This document shows positions 54,501-64,000 of a stretch of 64,000 nt of DNA, piece by piece. The position numbers and the translations under genes are program-made. Source of the stretch: Malacoraja senta (lineage: Eukaryota); NCBI GenBank assembly GCA_038087875.1, contig CM075993.1, forward strand, positions 7,194,001 through 7,258,000, in the 5' to 3' direction. Each line of letters starts with the position of its first letter. The stretch's first letter is position 1. Below the pieces are notes generated by a model. It saw only the letters and a program-made list of their open reading frames with translations. It was not told the DNA's origin and made no database searches.

Positions 54501-55709
54501 GAGAATGGGGTTAAGAGGGAAAGATAGATCAGCCAAGATTGAATGGCGGAGTAGACTGGATGGGACGAATGGCTTAATTCTGCTCCTATAACTTAAGAAC
54601 TTGAGGTATTAAAGGTTTGAGAGAGCATTTATTTCTCGAGTGGGGGAATCCAAAACCTAACTTTAAACGATGGTAGAAATAAAAACAGAAAAAGCTGGGA
54701 ATTCCCAGCAGTTGAGACAGTGGGATGGAAAAACCAATCACGTTTCATGCGTGGGAAGAAAATGTGAGGTCATGCATTTTAGTTGTAAGAAAATACTTTT
54801 TAAATACTGGGTATCAAAGGACTGATGAAGCAGAGGGTTTTAAATAAGGAAAGACACAAAATGCTGGAGTAACTCATCGGATCAGGCAGCATCTCTGGAG
54901 AACATGGATAGTGACGCATCGGACCTGTAGAAGAGTGGTTCCGACTCGAAACGTCGCCTATCCATGTCCTCCAGATTTGTTGCCTGACACGCTGAGTTAC
55001 TCCAGCACTTTGTGTCCTTCTTTGGTATAAACCAGCATCTGCAGTTCCTTGCTATTACAGAGTTTTAGACAATAGACAATAGGTGCAGGAGTAGGCCATT
55101 TGGCCCTTCGAGCCAGCACTCAATGTGATCATGGCTGATCATCCCCAATCAGTTCCTGCCTTCTCCCCATATCCCCTATCTTTAAGAGCCCTATCGAGCT
55201 CTCTCTTGAAAGCATCCAGAGAACCTGCCTCCACCGCCCTCTGAGGCAGAGAATTCCACAGACTTTTAAGAGTCTAGTTATAGTCACAGTCTTCAACCCC
55301 AACTCTGTTTCTCCCTCAGCAGACGCTGACTGACCTGCTAAGTATTTCCAGTGTTTTTTGTTTTTGTTTGTGATTTCCTGTCGTTCCAAGTTTCTTTTTT
55401 TCTTTTGTTGTTTCACTTAAATGAAGGCTTGTTTTCAGAAGTTCCAGTCAAGGAAGGATGGTGAATCTCTGGCGGACGTGATACGAATGTCGATCGTATG
55501 CGGCATTGGATAGAATTGTATTATTCCTCTGAATGCTTGTCATAAATGTCCTTAACTTTCGACACATAGAGCATACCCGTATCCTCCACATGGCTGAACT
55601 GAGAAAGCTGAGGCGTCAGTTCATCAGCTACACCAAGATGCACCCCACGGAAAACATTGGACAAATTGCCAACATGTTTGTGCAATATATTAACCGCAGT
55701 CTACATTGA
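27292..55709 (+). CDS. KTI12: KTI12 Elongator-associated P-loop protein, nine exons (27292-27441, 33860-33911, 38854-38906, 42596-42651, 45598-45677, 48194-48353, 51531-51593, 52492-52560, 55566-55709); 275 aa if one base is restored in exon 1
   Basis: [18 protein letters not shown] (P-loop)...[16 protein letters not shown]...[16 protein letters not shown]...PPPNQST...[11 protein letters not shown]...[17 protein letters not shown]...[11 protein letters not shown]. Phases of exons 2-9 are mutually consistent. Confidence 0.95.
27446..29240. repeat. G-rich minisatellite in KTI12 intron 1
   Basis: Units of GGGGG(C/T/AG)AATGA and GGGGGA in higher-order repeats. Confidence 0.97.
29350..31310 (+). 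mobile_element. 5'-truncated L1-clade LINE ORF2 (RT and C-terminal domain), frameshifted
   Basis: KAFDQVEW...[19 protein letters not shown]...[14 protein letters not shown]...GYRINWNKS...GGLALPNF...CDKC; broken into three ORFs. Confidence 0.9.
31364..33170 (+). mobile_element. PIF/Harbinger DNA transposon, internally deleted
   Basis: About 45-bp TIRs (AAGGTCTGTCTCACTGTGCGAGTTGACCCACGAGTGACCCCGAGT and its inverse), TAA target duplication, and a transposase C-terminal fragment at 31615-31923 (ACVLHNLIR...GSVPWQ). Confidence 0.85.
33860..33911 (+). CDS. KTI12: KTI12 exon 2
   Basis: ttgtag|ATTCTGGC...TGAAAG|gtagag; encodes [18 protein letters not shown]. Confidence 0.9.
34244..34562. mobile_element. 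Harbinger-type MITE
   Basis: About 45-bp TIRs, TAA left flank; nearly identical to 46068-46388. Confidence 0.8.
35432..35720 (+). mobile_element. HE1-like SINE
   Basis: Same tripartite structure. Confidence 0.75.
35831..37445 (-). mobile_element. Full-length Tc1 (DD34E) transposon, Passport-like, inactivated
   Basis: About 210-bp TIRs starting CAGTGGCTTGCAAAAGT, TA duplication on both sides. Transposase ATG at 37066 with WSDETK / QQDNDPKH / NPIENLW motifs; TGA at codon 43 and a C-terminal frameshift. Confidence 0.95.
36049..37066 (-). pseudogene. Tc1 transposase pseudogene
   Basis: [15 protein letters not shown]...[24 protein letters not shown]...DD34E; the C-terminal [16 protein letters not shown] tail is out of frame. 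Confidence 0.9.
38854..38906 (+). CDS. KTI12: KTI12 exon 3
   Basis: ttcctag|AAAAATC...CAAAG|gtaggg; encodes [18 protein letters not shown]. Confidence 0.93.
39210..39594. repeat. (CA)n compound microsatellite
   Basis: Direct inspection. Confidence 0.97.
41150..41500 (+). mobile_element. Rex1/Babar-like LINE 3' fragment
   Basis: [14 protein letters not shown]...[14 protein letters not shown] followed by 3' UTR with AATAAA and (ATCGT)n tail; related copies at about 22100 and 61130-61660. Confidence 0.7.
42596..42651 (+). CDS. KTI12: KTI12 exon 4
   Basis: tatag|GTTACAGA...TGCTTG|gtaagt; encodes [18 protein letters not shown]. Confidence 0.93.
44690..45055 (-). mobile_element. CR1 LINE 3' fragment
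   Basis: Same subfamily as 20651-21015. Confidence 0.8.
45598..45677 (+). CDS. KTI12: KTI12 exon 5
   Basis: tttcag|ATTCACTGT...GAAAT|gtaagc; encodes [27 protein letters not shown]. Confidence 0.9.
46068..46388. mobile_element. Harbinger-type MITE
   Basis: TIR AAGCCCTGTCCCACGGTACGAG; inserted at a TAA within a CR1 remnant. Confidence 0.8.
47836..48145 (+). mobile_element. HE1-like SINE ending about 50 nt before KTI12 exon 6
   Basis: Same structure with (CTAAA)n tail. Confidence 0.75.
48194..48353 (+). CDS. KTI12: KTI12 exon 6
   Basis: ctccag|CTTTGAC...CTGAGC|gtaagt; encodes [22 protein letters not shown]...PPPNQSTLS. Confidence 0.95.
48855..49148 (-). mobile_element. HE1-like SINE
   Basis: Reverse-complement copy. 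Confidence 0.75.
50810..51170 (-). mobile_element. L1-clade endonuclease fragment inserted in a CR1 remnant
   Basis: [14 protein letters not shown]...[11 protein letters not shown]...INIYAPN, an APE-type endonuclease motif. Confidence 0.8.
51531..51593 (+). CDS. KTI12: KTI12 exon 7
   Basis: ttttcag|CAACCA...CTAATG|gtgagt; encodes [21 protein letters not shown]. Confidence 0.93.
51743..52246 (-). mobile_element. CR1 LINE 3' fragment in KTI12 intron 7
   Basis: [10 protein letters not shown]...[16 protein letters not shown]...WNSLPQ. Confidence 0.85.
52492..52560 (+). CDS. KTI12: KTI12 exon 8
   Basis: ctcag|GCAATA...GTGAAG|atatcctttt; encodes [23 protein letters not shown]. Confidence 0.92.
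52561..55565 (+). other. U12-type (minor spliceosome) AT-AC intron, KTI12 intron 8
   Basis: 5' splice site ATATCCTTT, branch site TCCTTAAC at 55549-55556, terminal AC at 55564-55565; phase-0 join keeps the frame. Confidence 0.93.
53876..54400. mobile_element. Harbinger-type MITE, second family
   Basis: TIR AGGGCCTGTCCCACTT / AAGTGGGACAGGCCCT; CpG-rich interior with GACGC/GCGTC repeats. Confidence 0.7.
55566..55709 (+). CDS. KTI12: KTI12 exon 9 (terminal)
   Basis: tccttaactttcgacac|ATAGAG...CATTGA; encodes [47 protein letters not shown]. Confidence 0.93.
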   Translation: MEHTRILHMAELRKLRRQFISYTKMHPTENIGQIANMFVQYINRSLH

Positions 55710-56696
55710 CGAGCTATTCAAAGCTGCAAATTGCCACTTGGATTTAAAAAAATTAAAAACATTTTCAGACTTTTGAGTCGTGCATGTGTAAAGGAAAACC
55801 GTCGAGCGATACAGCACGGAAACAGGCCATTCGGCCCACCTAGTCCGTGCTGACCGTCATGCATTCATTTACTGTCATCTGAAGTCATGATGCTGGATTA
55901 CAAAGGAAGTGTCTCGACTCGAAACATCGCCCATCGTCTTCCCCAAAATTGCTGCCCGACCCGCTTACTCCATTACTTTGTCCTTTTTCTAACTTTGACC
56001 TGCTTTTATTGCTTCCACATTCCCAGCATGGACAAATCAAACACGAGAGGGCATCGTTTAAGATGAGGGGGAAGGGGGGGGAGGCGGGGAGAGGTGGGGG
56101 AGGGGGGGGGGGCAAAGTTTAAAGGAGATGTGTGGGTACCTTCTTTAACACTGAGGGTGTTGAGTGCCAGAACGGACTGCAAGGGCGGGTGGTTAGAGGC
56201 ACATACGATTGTGGCATTTAAGAGGCTTTTGGATAGACTTCAATATGGAGGGATATGGATTGTGCAGGTAGATGAGTTGGTCTTGGCATCATGTTTGGCA
56301 CGGACATTGTGGGCCGACGAGCCTGTTCTTGTGCTGTACAGTTCTACGTTCTATTCCCATCAATTCCCCCAGATTTAACCTTTCACCTATACAGCAGGGG
56401 TATATTTACACCTATATTTACTGCAGCCAATTAGCCAACTCGCATTCATGTCTTTGGCGTGTGTGAGTTGACAGGGAGCACTTGCAAACTCCACACAGAC
56501 TGCACCGGAGGTTCCATGCTTTCACGTGTCCAGAGTTACAGTGGAGTGCCTGTTCTGCATGCTATGTTTCACTTTGTACCGTACATGAGTACCATATACC
56601 CTCTTCTGTATCGGCACACAGAGTTGCCGCGTTCTGCCATCTTTGATAAGAGCAAGTTTGTTGTTTTGGTTCCATTCAATCAGATTTTATTTTTTT

Positions 56697-56990
56697 TAGT
56701 TTAGAGATACAGCGCGGAAACAGGCTCTTCAGCCCACTGAGTCCGCACCGACCAGCGATCCCCGCACATTGACACTACCCTATACACAATAAGGACAATT
56801 TACATCTATACTAAGCCAACTAACCTACAAACCTGTACGTCTTTGGAGTGTGGGAGGAAACTGAAGATCTCGGAGAAAACCCACGCAGGTCACGGGGAGA
56901 ACGTACAAACTCCGTACAGACAGCACCCGTAGTCAGGATCGAACCTGGGGATCTGGCGCTGTAAGGCAGCAACTCTACCGCTGTGCTACC
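56697..56990 (-). mobile_element. HE1-like SINE
   Basis: Reverse-complement copy. Confidence 0.75.
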
Positions 56991-57942
56991 CAGAGATTTT
57001 CAATCTTCCTACTATAATATGACCCATCATTACCCATTATTTGTCCAACAACTCTCGATTCCTGGATAGAGTGGACATGGAGAGGATGTTTCCAATAGTG
57101 GGAGACTCTAGAACCAGAGGGCAGAGCCTCAGAATGAAAGGATGTACCTTTTAGAATGGAGATGAGGAGGGATTTCTTTAGCCGGTTGGTGGTGAATCTG
57201 GAATTCATTGGCACAAACGGCGTTGGAGGCCAAGTCAATGGGTATTTTTGAAGCAGAGATTGATAGGCTCTTGATTAGTAAGGACATGAAAGGGTACGGG
57301 GAAAAGGCAGGGGAACGGGGTTGAGAGGGGAAAATAGATCAGCCATGATCGAAGGGTGGAGCAGACTAGATGGGCCAAATGGCCTCATTCTGCTTGCCAT
57401 TGGAACTGCGTCGGGTTGTGCAGTCAGGATTGAACCCAGGATCATTGGTGCTGTGAGGCCATGAGTTTAGCAGCTGTGTCAGTCTTAAACCTATTTTACC
57501 TTGGAGTGTCTACAGTTCTTTCCTAAACATTACCTTGGAGTGTGTTTGTTTACAATTCTTGAGAGAAATAATGGGACTGCTCAGTTTTTTCTTCTTTTCA
57601 ATCATTGACCAAAAGGGTGTAAGAAAGAACTGCAGATGCTGGTTTACATCGAAGGTAGGGTGTGGGAGAAACAAAGGGTGGTGGGTGTATGGAATGGGCT
57701 GCCAGAGGAGGTAGTTGAGGCAGGGACTATTGCAACGTTTAAGAGACATTTGGACAGGTACATGGATTGGACAAGTTTAGAGGGATAAGGACCCAGTGCA
57801 GGCAGGTGGGACTTGTGTAGCTGGGACATGCTGGCCGGTGTGGGCAAATTTGGCCGAAAGACTTGTTTCCACGCTGTATCACTCTATGACTCTGACCAAC
57901 ATGAATCTTTGTGCTAAAAGGTAATTGGGGTAATCTCTAAAT

Positions 57943-58312
57943 CAGGGGTGGGGAACCTGCAGCCTTAAGGCTGCATGCGGCCTTCTAGGCCATTAAGTGT
58001 GGCCTTTTGAATGTATCCAAATTTTGTAGAACAAATCCTTTTATTTTTATTAATATGCTTTTGTTCGTCTTTTATTATTTTTATTTTAATCTTAAAATGA
58101 AGTATTTAAAATACTAAAGAGTAAAAGAAGATTCAACTAAATAACCCTTCTGACTGACGGCCACAATTAAAACATTAGTAAGTCACGAGGGCTATTTTAA
58201 CAAAATAATGTACAATTTGAAGTATATCTAATTGAAGTTTCTTGGATGTGGCCTTATTAGATTATAGCTAACTTCATGCGGCATTCCAACGTGAAAAGAT
58301 TCCACACCCCTG
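57943..58312. mobile_element. Non-autonomous hAT (Charlie-like) element
   Basis: TIRs CAGGGGTGGGGAACCT / AGATTCCACACCCCTG and a perfect 8-bp TSD CTCTAAAT. Confidence 0.88.
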
Positions 58313-61089
58313 CTCTAAATATTTCATGTGATCTATCTTAAATCCTTACATTTTTTCCCCGCTGGCATAGCCGGACTGAGTTGGAGCTGGTGTTAGCACT
58401 TGGTTGACACTTTTTGGGATTTGCATATCTCGACTTTCCAGGGGACTAGATTTGGTCGCCTGAAACTTGAGCTCTCCCCAAGGTGGCTCTGCCTGCAAGT
58501 CTCGTCGGAGAATCTATTCCTGTGCTGTGCTCAATCTTTACGGGTGACAAAAAGTCCCAGACAGGCTGACTCTCTTTCAGGGCCTGTCATTTCATTCAAC
58601 ATCCATCAATCTCTCAGTTCAGCTGCAAGACACAACGTGCTGGAGGAACTCAGCGGGTCAGACACCATCCCTGGAAAACATGGACAGGTGACGTTTCACA
58701 GAGTGCTGGAGGAACTCAGCGGGTCAGGCAGCATCCATGGAGAAAATGGATAAGTGTTGTTTTGGGTTGGGTCAGTCCTTCAGGCTGAAGAAGGGTCCTG
58801 ACTTGAAACGTTGCCTATCTATGTTCTCCAGGGATGCTGCCTGACCTGCTGAGTTCCTCCAGGACTATGTGTCTTTCTTTTATATAAACCGACATATAGA
58901 CCCGGGTGGTGGGTGTATGGAACAAGATGCCGGAGGTAGTTGAGGCTGGGACTATCCCAACATTTAAGAAACAGTTAGCAGGTACATGGATAGGACAGGT
59001 TTGGAGGAGTATGGACCAAACGCAGGCATGTGGGACTAATGTAGCTGGGACATGTTGGCTGGTGTGGGCAAGTTGGGCAGAAGGGCCTGTTTCTACACTG
59101 TATCACTCTATGGCACTATCTGCAGTTTCTTGCTATTACATCGCAGTTCAGCTGAGTATTCGTGGAAGTTGTTGCATCGTTCAGAGAAGAAACAGTTTCT
59201 TGGGTTCTTCTCACTTCTGGACAATGAATAATTCAGAATTAACTTGCGAAAATTCCATCATTAACCATATAACAATTACAGCACGGAAACAGGCCATCTC
59301 GGCCCTTCTAGTCCGTGCCGAACACGTATTCTCACCTAGTCCCATCTACCTGCACTCAGACCATAACCCTCCATTCCTTTCCCATCCATATACCTATCCA
59401 ATTTATTTTTAAATGATAACATCGAACCTGCCTCCACCACTTCCACTGGAAGCTCATTCCACACAGCTACCACTCTCTGAGTAAAGAAGTTCCCCCTCAT
59501 GTTACCCCTAAACTTCTGTCCCTTAATTCTCAAATCATTCATGTTGGTGACTGAAATTTGCAATGCTGTTGATAATGGGAGGGAAAAGATGCAACTAACA
59601 AGTTGTATTCATTGTTTACATGCGACAGGTACTGCTTTAATAAACCTTTGCACTTTGCTTCCTCCCCCGCCCTTTATCATTGTACCGAGGTACAGTGAAT
59701 GACCAAACAGATCAGATGTACCATCCAATCAAATCAAATTCAAGTACATTAGCTAGAGCAAAGGAGAAGATATGTAATGCAGAATATAGTTCTCAGCATT
59801 GTTGCGAATCAGTTCCAGAGACAAAGTCCAATGTCTGCAATGGAGTAGAGGTGAATCAAACTTATGGAAGGGCTGTTCAGAAGCCTGATAACAGAAGCTG
59901 TTCCTGAGTCTGGTGGTGCGTGCTTTCAAGCTTCTGGACCTTCTGCTGGATGGGGGTGTGGAGAAGCAGGAATGGTCATAAGGGATAGGAGTAGAATTAG
60001 GCCATTCGGCCCGACAAGTCTACTCCGCCATTCAATCATGGCTGATCTATCTCCCCCTCCTAACCCCATTCTCCTGCCTTCACCCCATAACCTCTGACAC
60101 CTGCACTGGCTGAGGTGGGACAAGACTTTGCTTATGTTTAGAAAGGAACTGCTGATGCTGGTTTATACCAAATATAGACACAAATGGCCGGAGTAACTCT
60201 ACGGGATCAGCGGCATCTCTGGAGAAAAATAATAGGTGACATTTTGGGTTGGGACCCAAATGAATGGTAGACTCTGGAGGGAGATGAGGGAACCTGGAGG
60301 GAATGTGTACAGAAAATAAGCTATATAGAAAACAAAACAAGAGGTAGGGTTTGTGTAGAAAGGGGTTCTTGATGCTTAGCTTGGACTAGGAGGGCCAAAG
60401 GGCCTGTTTCTGTGCTGAGTCAGTCTGAAGAAGGGTCTCAACCCGAACTGTCACCCATTCCTTCTATCCAGAGATGCTGCCTGTCCCACTGAGTTTCTCC
60501 AGCATTTTGTGTCCATCCAGAGGGAAAAGAGAGATTCAGAGATGCAAGTGGACATTCAAACGACTACGTCTGGAGGGGCACAGATTGGGGATGATCAGCC
60601 ATGATCACATTGAATGGTGGTGCTGGCTCGAAGGGCCGAATGGCCTACTCCTGCACCTATTGTCTATTGTTTTTGGGGCAAACTACATTTACTCTAATGT
60701 TTAAGAAGGAACTGCAGATGCTGGAAAATCGAAGGTAGACAAAAATGCTGGAGAAACTCAGCGGGTGAGGCAGCATCTATGGAGCAAAGGAAATAGGCGA
60801 CGTTTCGGGTCGAGACCCTTCTTCAGATTCCTTTAATGGACCTTTGCTGCCACCTAGTGTTGGACGGTTGTAAAACAGATAGCAATGAATCTATGCTGGC
60901 ACTCTGACCATGGTACATCATCACGGATTGCTGAATGCTTTGCCCTTTCCAGACACCACCCTTCTGAAACAGGAAACGCTACTACCTAGCTCCTTCAGTA
61001 ACCTTCATGAAGTTGCTGCCTGAAGTTAGGATGGTTATTTGACAGCATTTACGATACCAATACGATATAACTTTATGGAGAGTTTTGTG

Positions 61090-61660
61090 GACGTGCAAAG
61101 ATTGAGGGGGGAGGGAAGTCATTCTCAGTCTCAGTCTACCCCACGACAGAAGGGGGAGGAGTTGTCCTGTTTGATAGCCACAGGGAAGAAGGATCTCCTG
61201 TGGCGTTCTGTGCTGCATCTTTTTGTTCCAACCAGTCTGTTGCTGAAGGTGCTCCTCAGGTTGACCAGTGTGTCACGGAGGGGGTGAGCTGTATTGTCCA
61301 GGATGCTCCGCAGTTTGAGGAGCATCCTCCCCTCCAAGACCAACCTCCCGTGAATCCAACTCCAACTCCGCCCCCAGGATGGAGCCAGCCTTCCTGATGA
61401 GTTTGTTGATCCTATTGGCGTCCACGGCCTTCGCCCTGCTGCCCCGGCACACGGCAGCGAGGAAGGAGGCACTGGCAACCACCGACTGGTAGAACATCTG
61501 CAGCATCTTACTGCAGATGTTGAAGGAGTGGAGCCTTCTCAAAAAGTACAGCCGGCTCTGACCCTTCTTGCGTTCCTGGACCAGTCCAGTTTACTGTCCA
61601 GGTACACGCCAAGGTATTTGTACTCCCTGGTAAACTGCACATCCACACCATTGATGGAGA
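61090..61660 (-). mobile_element. Rex1/Babar-like LINE fragment
   Basis: MLQMFYQSVVASA...RINKLIRKAGSILG...ILDNTAHPL...RRSFFPVAIK. Confidence 0.75.
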
Positions 61661-61664
61661 CAGG

Positions 61665-62153
61665 GGACCGGTTGCATCGTGGCTTGGTTCGGCAACTTGA
61701 GTGCCCTGGAGAGGAAAAGACTACAAAAAGTAGTAAACACTGCCCAGTCCATCATCGGCTCTGACCTCCCTTCCATCGAGGGGATCTACCACAGTCGCTG
61801 CCTCAAAAAGGCTGGCAGCATCATCAAGGACCCACACCATCCTGGCCACACACTCATCTCCCTACTACCTTCAGGTAGAAGGTACAGGAGCCTGAAGACT
61901 GCAACGACCAGGTTCAGGAACAGCTACTTCCCCACAGCCATCAGGCTATTAAACCTGGCTCGGACATAACACTGAACTTTACTAGCCAATACTGTTATTT
62001 GCACGTTTTCAGTATTTTGACCATTGTGTATATATTTATAGAATGCCTTGTAGTAAATGCCTACTATGTTCTGTTGTGCTCAAGCAAAGCAAGAATTTCA
62101 TTGTCCTACCAGGGACACATGACAATAAACTCACTTGACTTGACTTGACTTGA
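61665..62153 (+). mobile_element. Rex1/Babar-like LINE 3' end with (CTTGA)n tail
   Basis: WFGNLSALERKRLQKVVNTAQSIIG...HPGHTLISLLPSGRRYRS...RFRNSYFPTAIRLLN. Confidence 0.8.
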
Positions 62154-62616
62154 CAGGGGTGGTCCTCTCCTCCTAAAGTCCATTATTAACTCAATTTATC
62201 GATGGGATTTATGTTTATATGACACTCAACTTCTCCAGCCCAGCGTTAGACCGAGTATAACTGTGGTCTCATTGCGGCCGATAGCAACCGTCAGATGTGC
62301 ATGTGGATAGGGATGAACTAGATGTTTTCACAGTCTCCAACTTGAGAAAAACAAGGTGCAATGAGCATTCGGTACAAATAGAATGAAAAATCACAAATAA
62401 AAGGCCTAAGGTAGACAGAAATGCTGGAGAAACTCAGCGGGTGAGGCAGCATCTATGGAGCGAAGGAATAGGTGACATTTCGGGTGACCCGAAACGTCAC
62501 CTATTCCTTCGCTCCATAGATGCTGCCTCACCCGCTGAGTTTCTCCAGCATTTTTTGTCTACCTTCGATTTTTCCAGCATCTGCAGTTCTTTCTTAAACA
62601 AATAAAAGGCTTAGAT

Positions 62617-62841
62617 CAGCGGTCCCCAACCTTGTTCGTCCCGTTTACCCCTGGCAACTTTAAATAGCACGCAACAATGCTATTTCACTTATTTATGAAC
62701 AGCTAATGATGAACAGATACCACAACCAAACACAGTCAGTCAATGAGAACAAATGTACAAATCCAGAATCAACAAATTTACCCCCTGGGTCGGAGAAATT
62801 TACCCCCTGGGGGTAAATATACCCCGGGTTGGGAACCCTTG
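62617..62841. mobile_element. Non-autonomous hAT-like element
   Basis: TIRs CAGCGGTCCCCAACC / GGTTGGGAACCCTTG; degenerate 8-bp TSD GCTTAGAT / GCCAAGAT. Confidence 0.65.
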
Positions 62842-63749
62842 GCCAAGATAGAGTGGATGTGGAGAAGATAGGCAGAAAAAGTTGGAGTAACTCAGCGGGA
62901 CAGGCAGCATCTCTGGAGGAAATCGACAGGTGACTCTGGTCCCAACTCGAGACGCCGTCTCTCCATTCCCTAAGCCTGTAAGACATTGGAGCAGAATTAG
63001 GCCATTCGGCCCATCGAGTCTCCGCAGCCATTTGATCATGGCTGATCTATTTTCCCCTCTCACCCTCATTCTTCTCCCCGTAAGCTTTGACACCCTTACT
63101 AATCAAGAACCTGGCAATCGCCACTTAAAAAATACTCCCTGACTTGGCCTCCACAGCCATCTGTGGCAATGAATTCCACAGGTTCACCACCCTCTGGCGA
63201 AAGAAATTCCTCCATCTCCATTTTAAAGGTAGTGGCCGGTTGTAGACGACGATAGCATGGTTATGCAGTCTTCTTGCACAAAATCCCGTGCGTGGGAGAG
63301 ATTAAGGTGGAGAGGCTGTTGTACAGGACCAACCCCACCCTCTCAGCTGCAGGAGCTGGATTCCAGTGGCACAGTTAGACGTAATGGCTGGAAACCCCCT
63401 TGGTTGCAGTGGACGGCCATGACTTCTTTCACAAGGATCGAGGAGTACAGGTGCATGGTTCCTTGAAGGTCAAGTCACAGGTAGATAAGATGGTCATAAA
63501 GGCTTTTGGCACATCCCTCTCATCATCAGAATGGCCCCCACCATCGACTGCCTAAAGTCGAGGCTATTTCTACTTCCTAGCGTTTTTGAGGCCCTCTGAG
63601 GGGGCGCTGTGAACAGTTTATGTATGTATTGTTGGGTCTGTGTACCATTGTATGTAGTACATTAATACCTGCACTGATGTACAGCACTTTGGTCAACGTG
63701 AGTTGTTTTTAAATGTGCTATACAAATAAAATTGATTGATTGATTGAAT

Positions 63750-64000
63750 GGTTGAGTATAGAAGTTGGGAGGTCAAGTTGCAGTTGTATAAGACGTTGGT
63801 GAGACCGCATTTAGAATATTTTGTTCAGTTCTGGGCACCATGTTATAGGAAAGATATTGTCAAGCTTGAACTGGGTTCCGAGAAGATTTACGAGGATGTT
63901 GCCAGGACTAGAGGGTGTGAGCTATAGGGAGAGGTTGAGTAGGCTGGGTCTCTGTTCCATGGAGCGTAGGAGGATGAGGGGAGATCTTATAGAGGTGTAC
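63750..64000 (+). mobile_element. CR1 LINE fragment running off the window end
   Basis: [14 protein letters not shown]...QFWAP...[11 protein letters not shown]. Confidence 0.8.

Noticed and set aside
58340..58620. Unique-looking stretch with short ORFs on both strands, a possible exon of a further gene
   Set aside because: No recognisable homology, no convincing splice pair, and stops near the candidate acceptors.
60940..61025. Pyrimidine tract plus AG followed by a short open frame
   Set aside because: Stops occur in all frames within about 70 nt and no upstream partner exon was identified.
1..64000. CRISPR arrays, operons or prokaryotic defence systems
   Set aside because: The sequence is eukaryotic with spliceosomal introns; repeats are dispersed transposons or simple satellites with no repeat-spacer periodicity.

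Overview
Repeat-rich vertebrate genomic DNA; abundant HE1-type V-SINEs and CR1 LINEs suggest a cartilaginous fish (inference). Three spliced genes lie on the + strand. (1) The 3' part of SEC11A (four exons, 1429-8958). (2) Complete neuromedin B, NMB (three exons, 18215-22495; GNLWATGHFM-GKK). (3) A nine-exon KTI12 (27292-55709) whose last intron is a minor-spliceosome U12 AT-AC intron and whose exon 1 is one base short of frame as assembled. Introns and intergenic DNA hold a full-length but inactivated Passport-like Tc1 transposon, a deleted PIF/Harbinger element with related MITEs, hAT MITEs, L1, CR1 and Rex1/Babar fragments, and many palindromic repeats carrying a minimal hammerhead-ribozyme core. 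There is also a 1.8 kb G-rich satellite, a 1 kb polypurine tract, microsatellites and a 200-N gap. All calls were made by eye from the sequence and recalled family knowledge; no searches were run.
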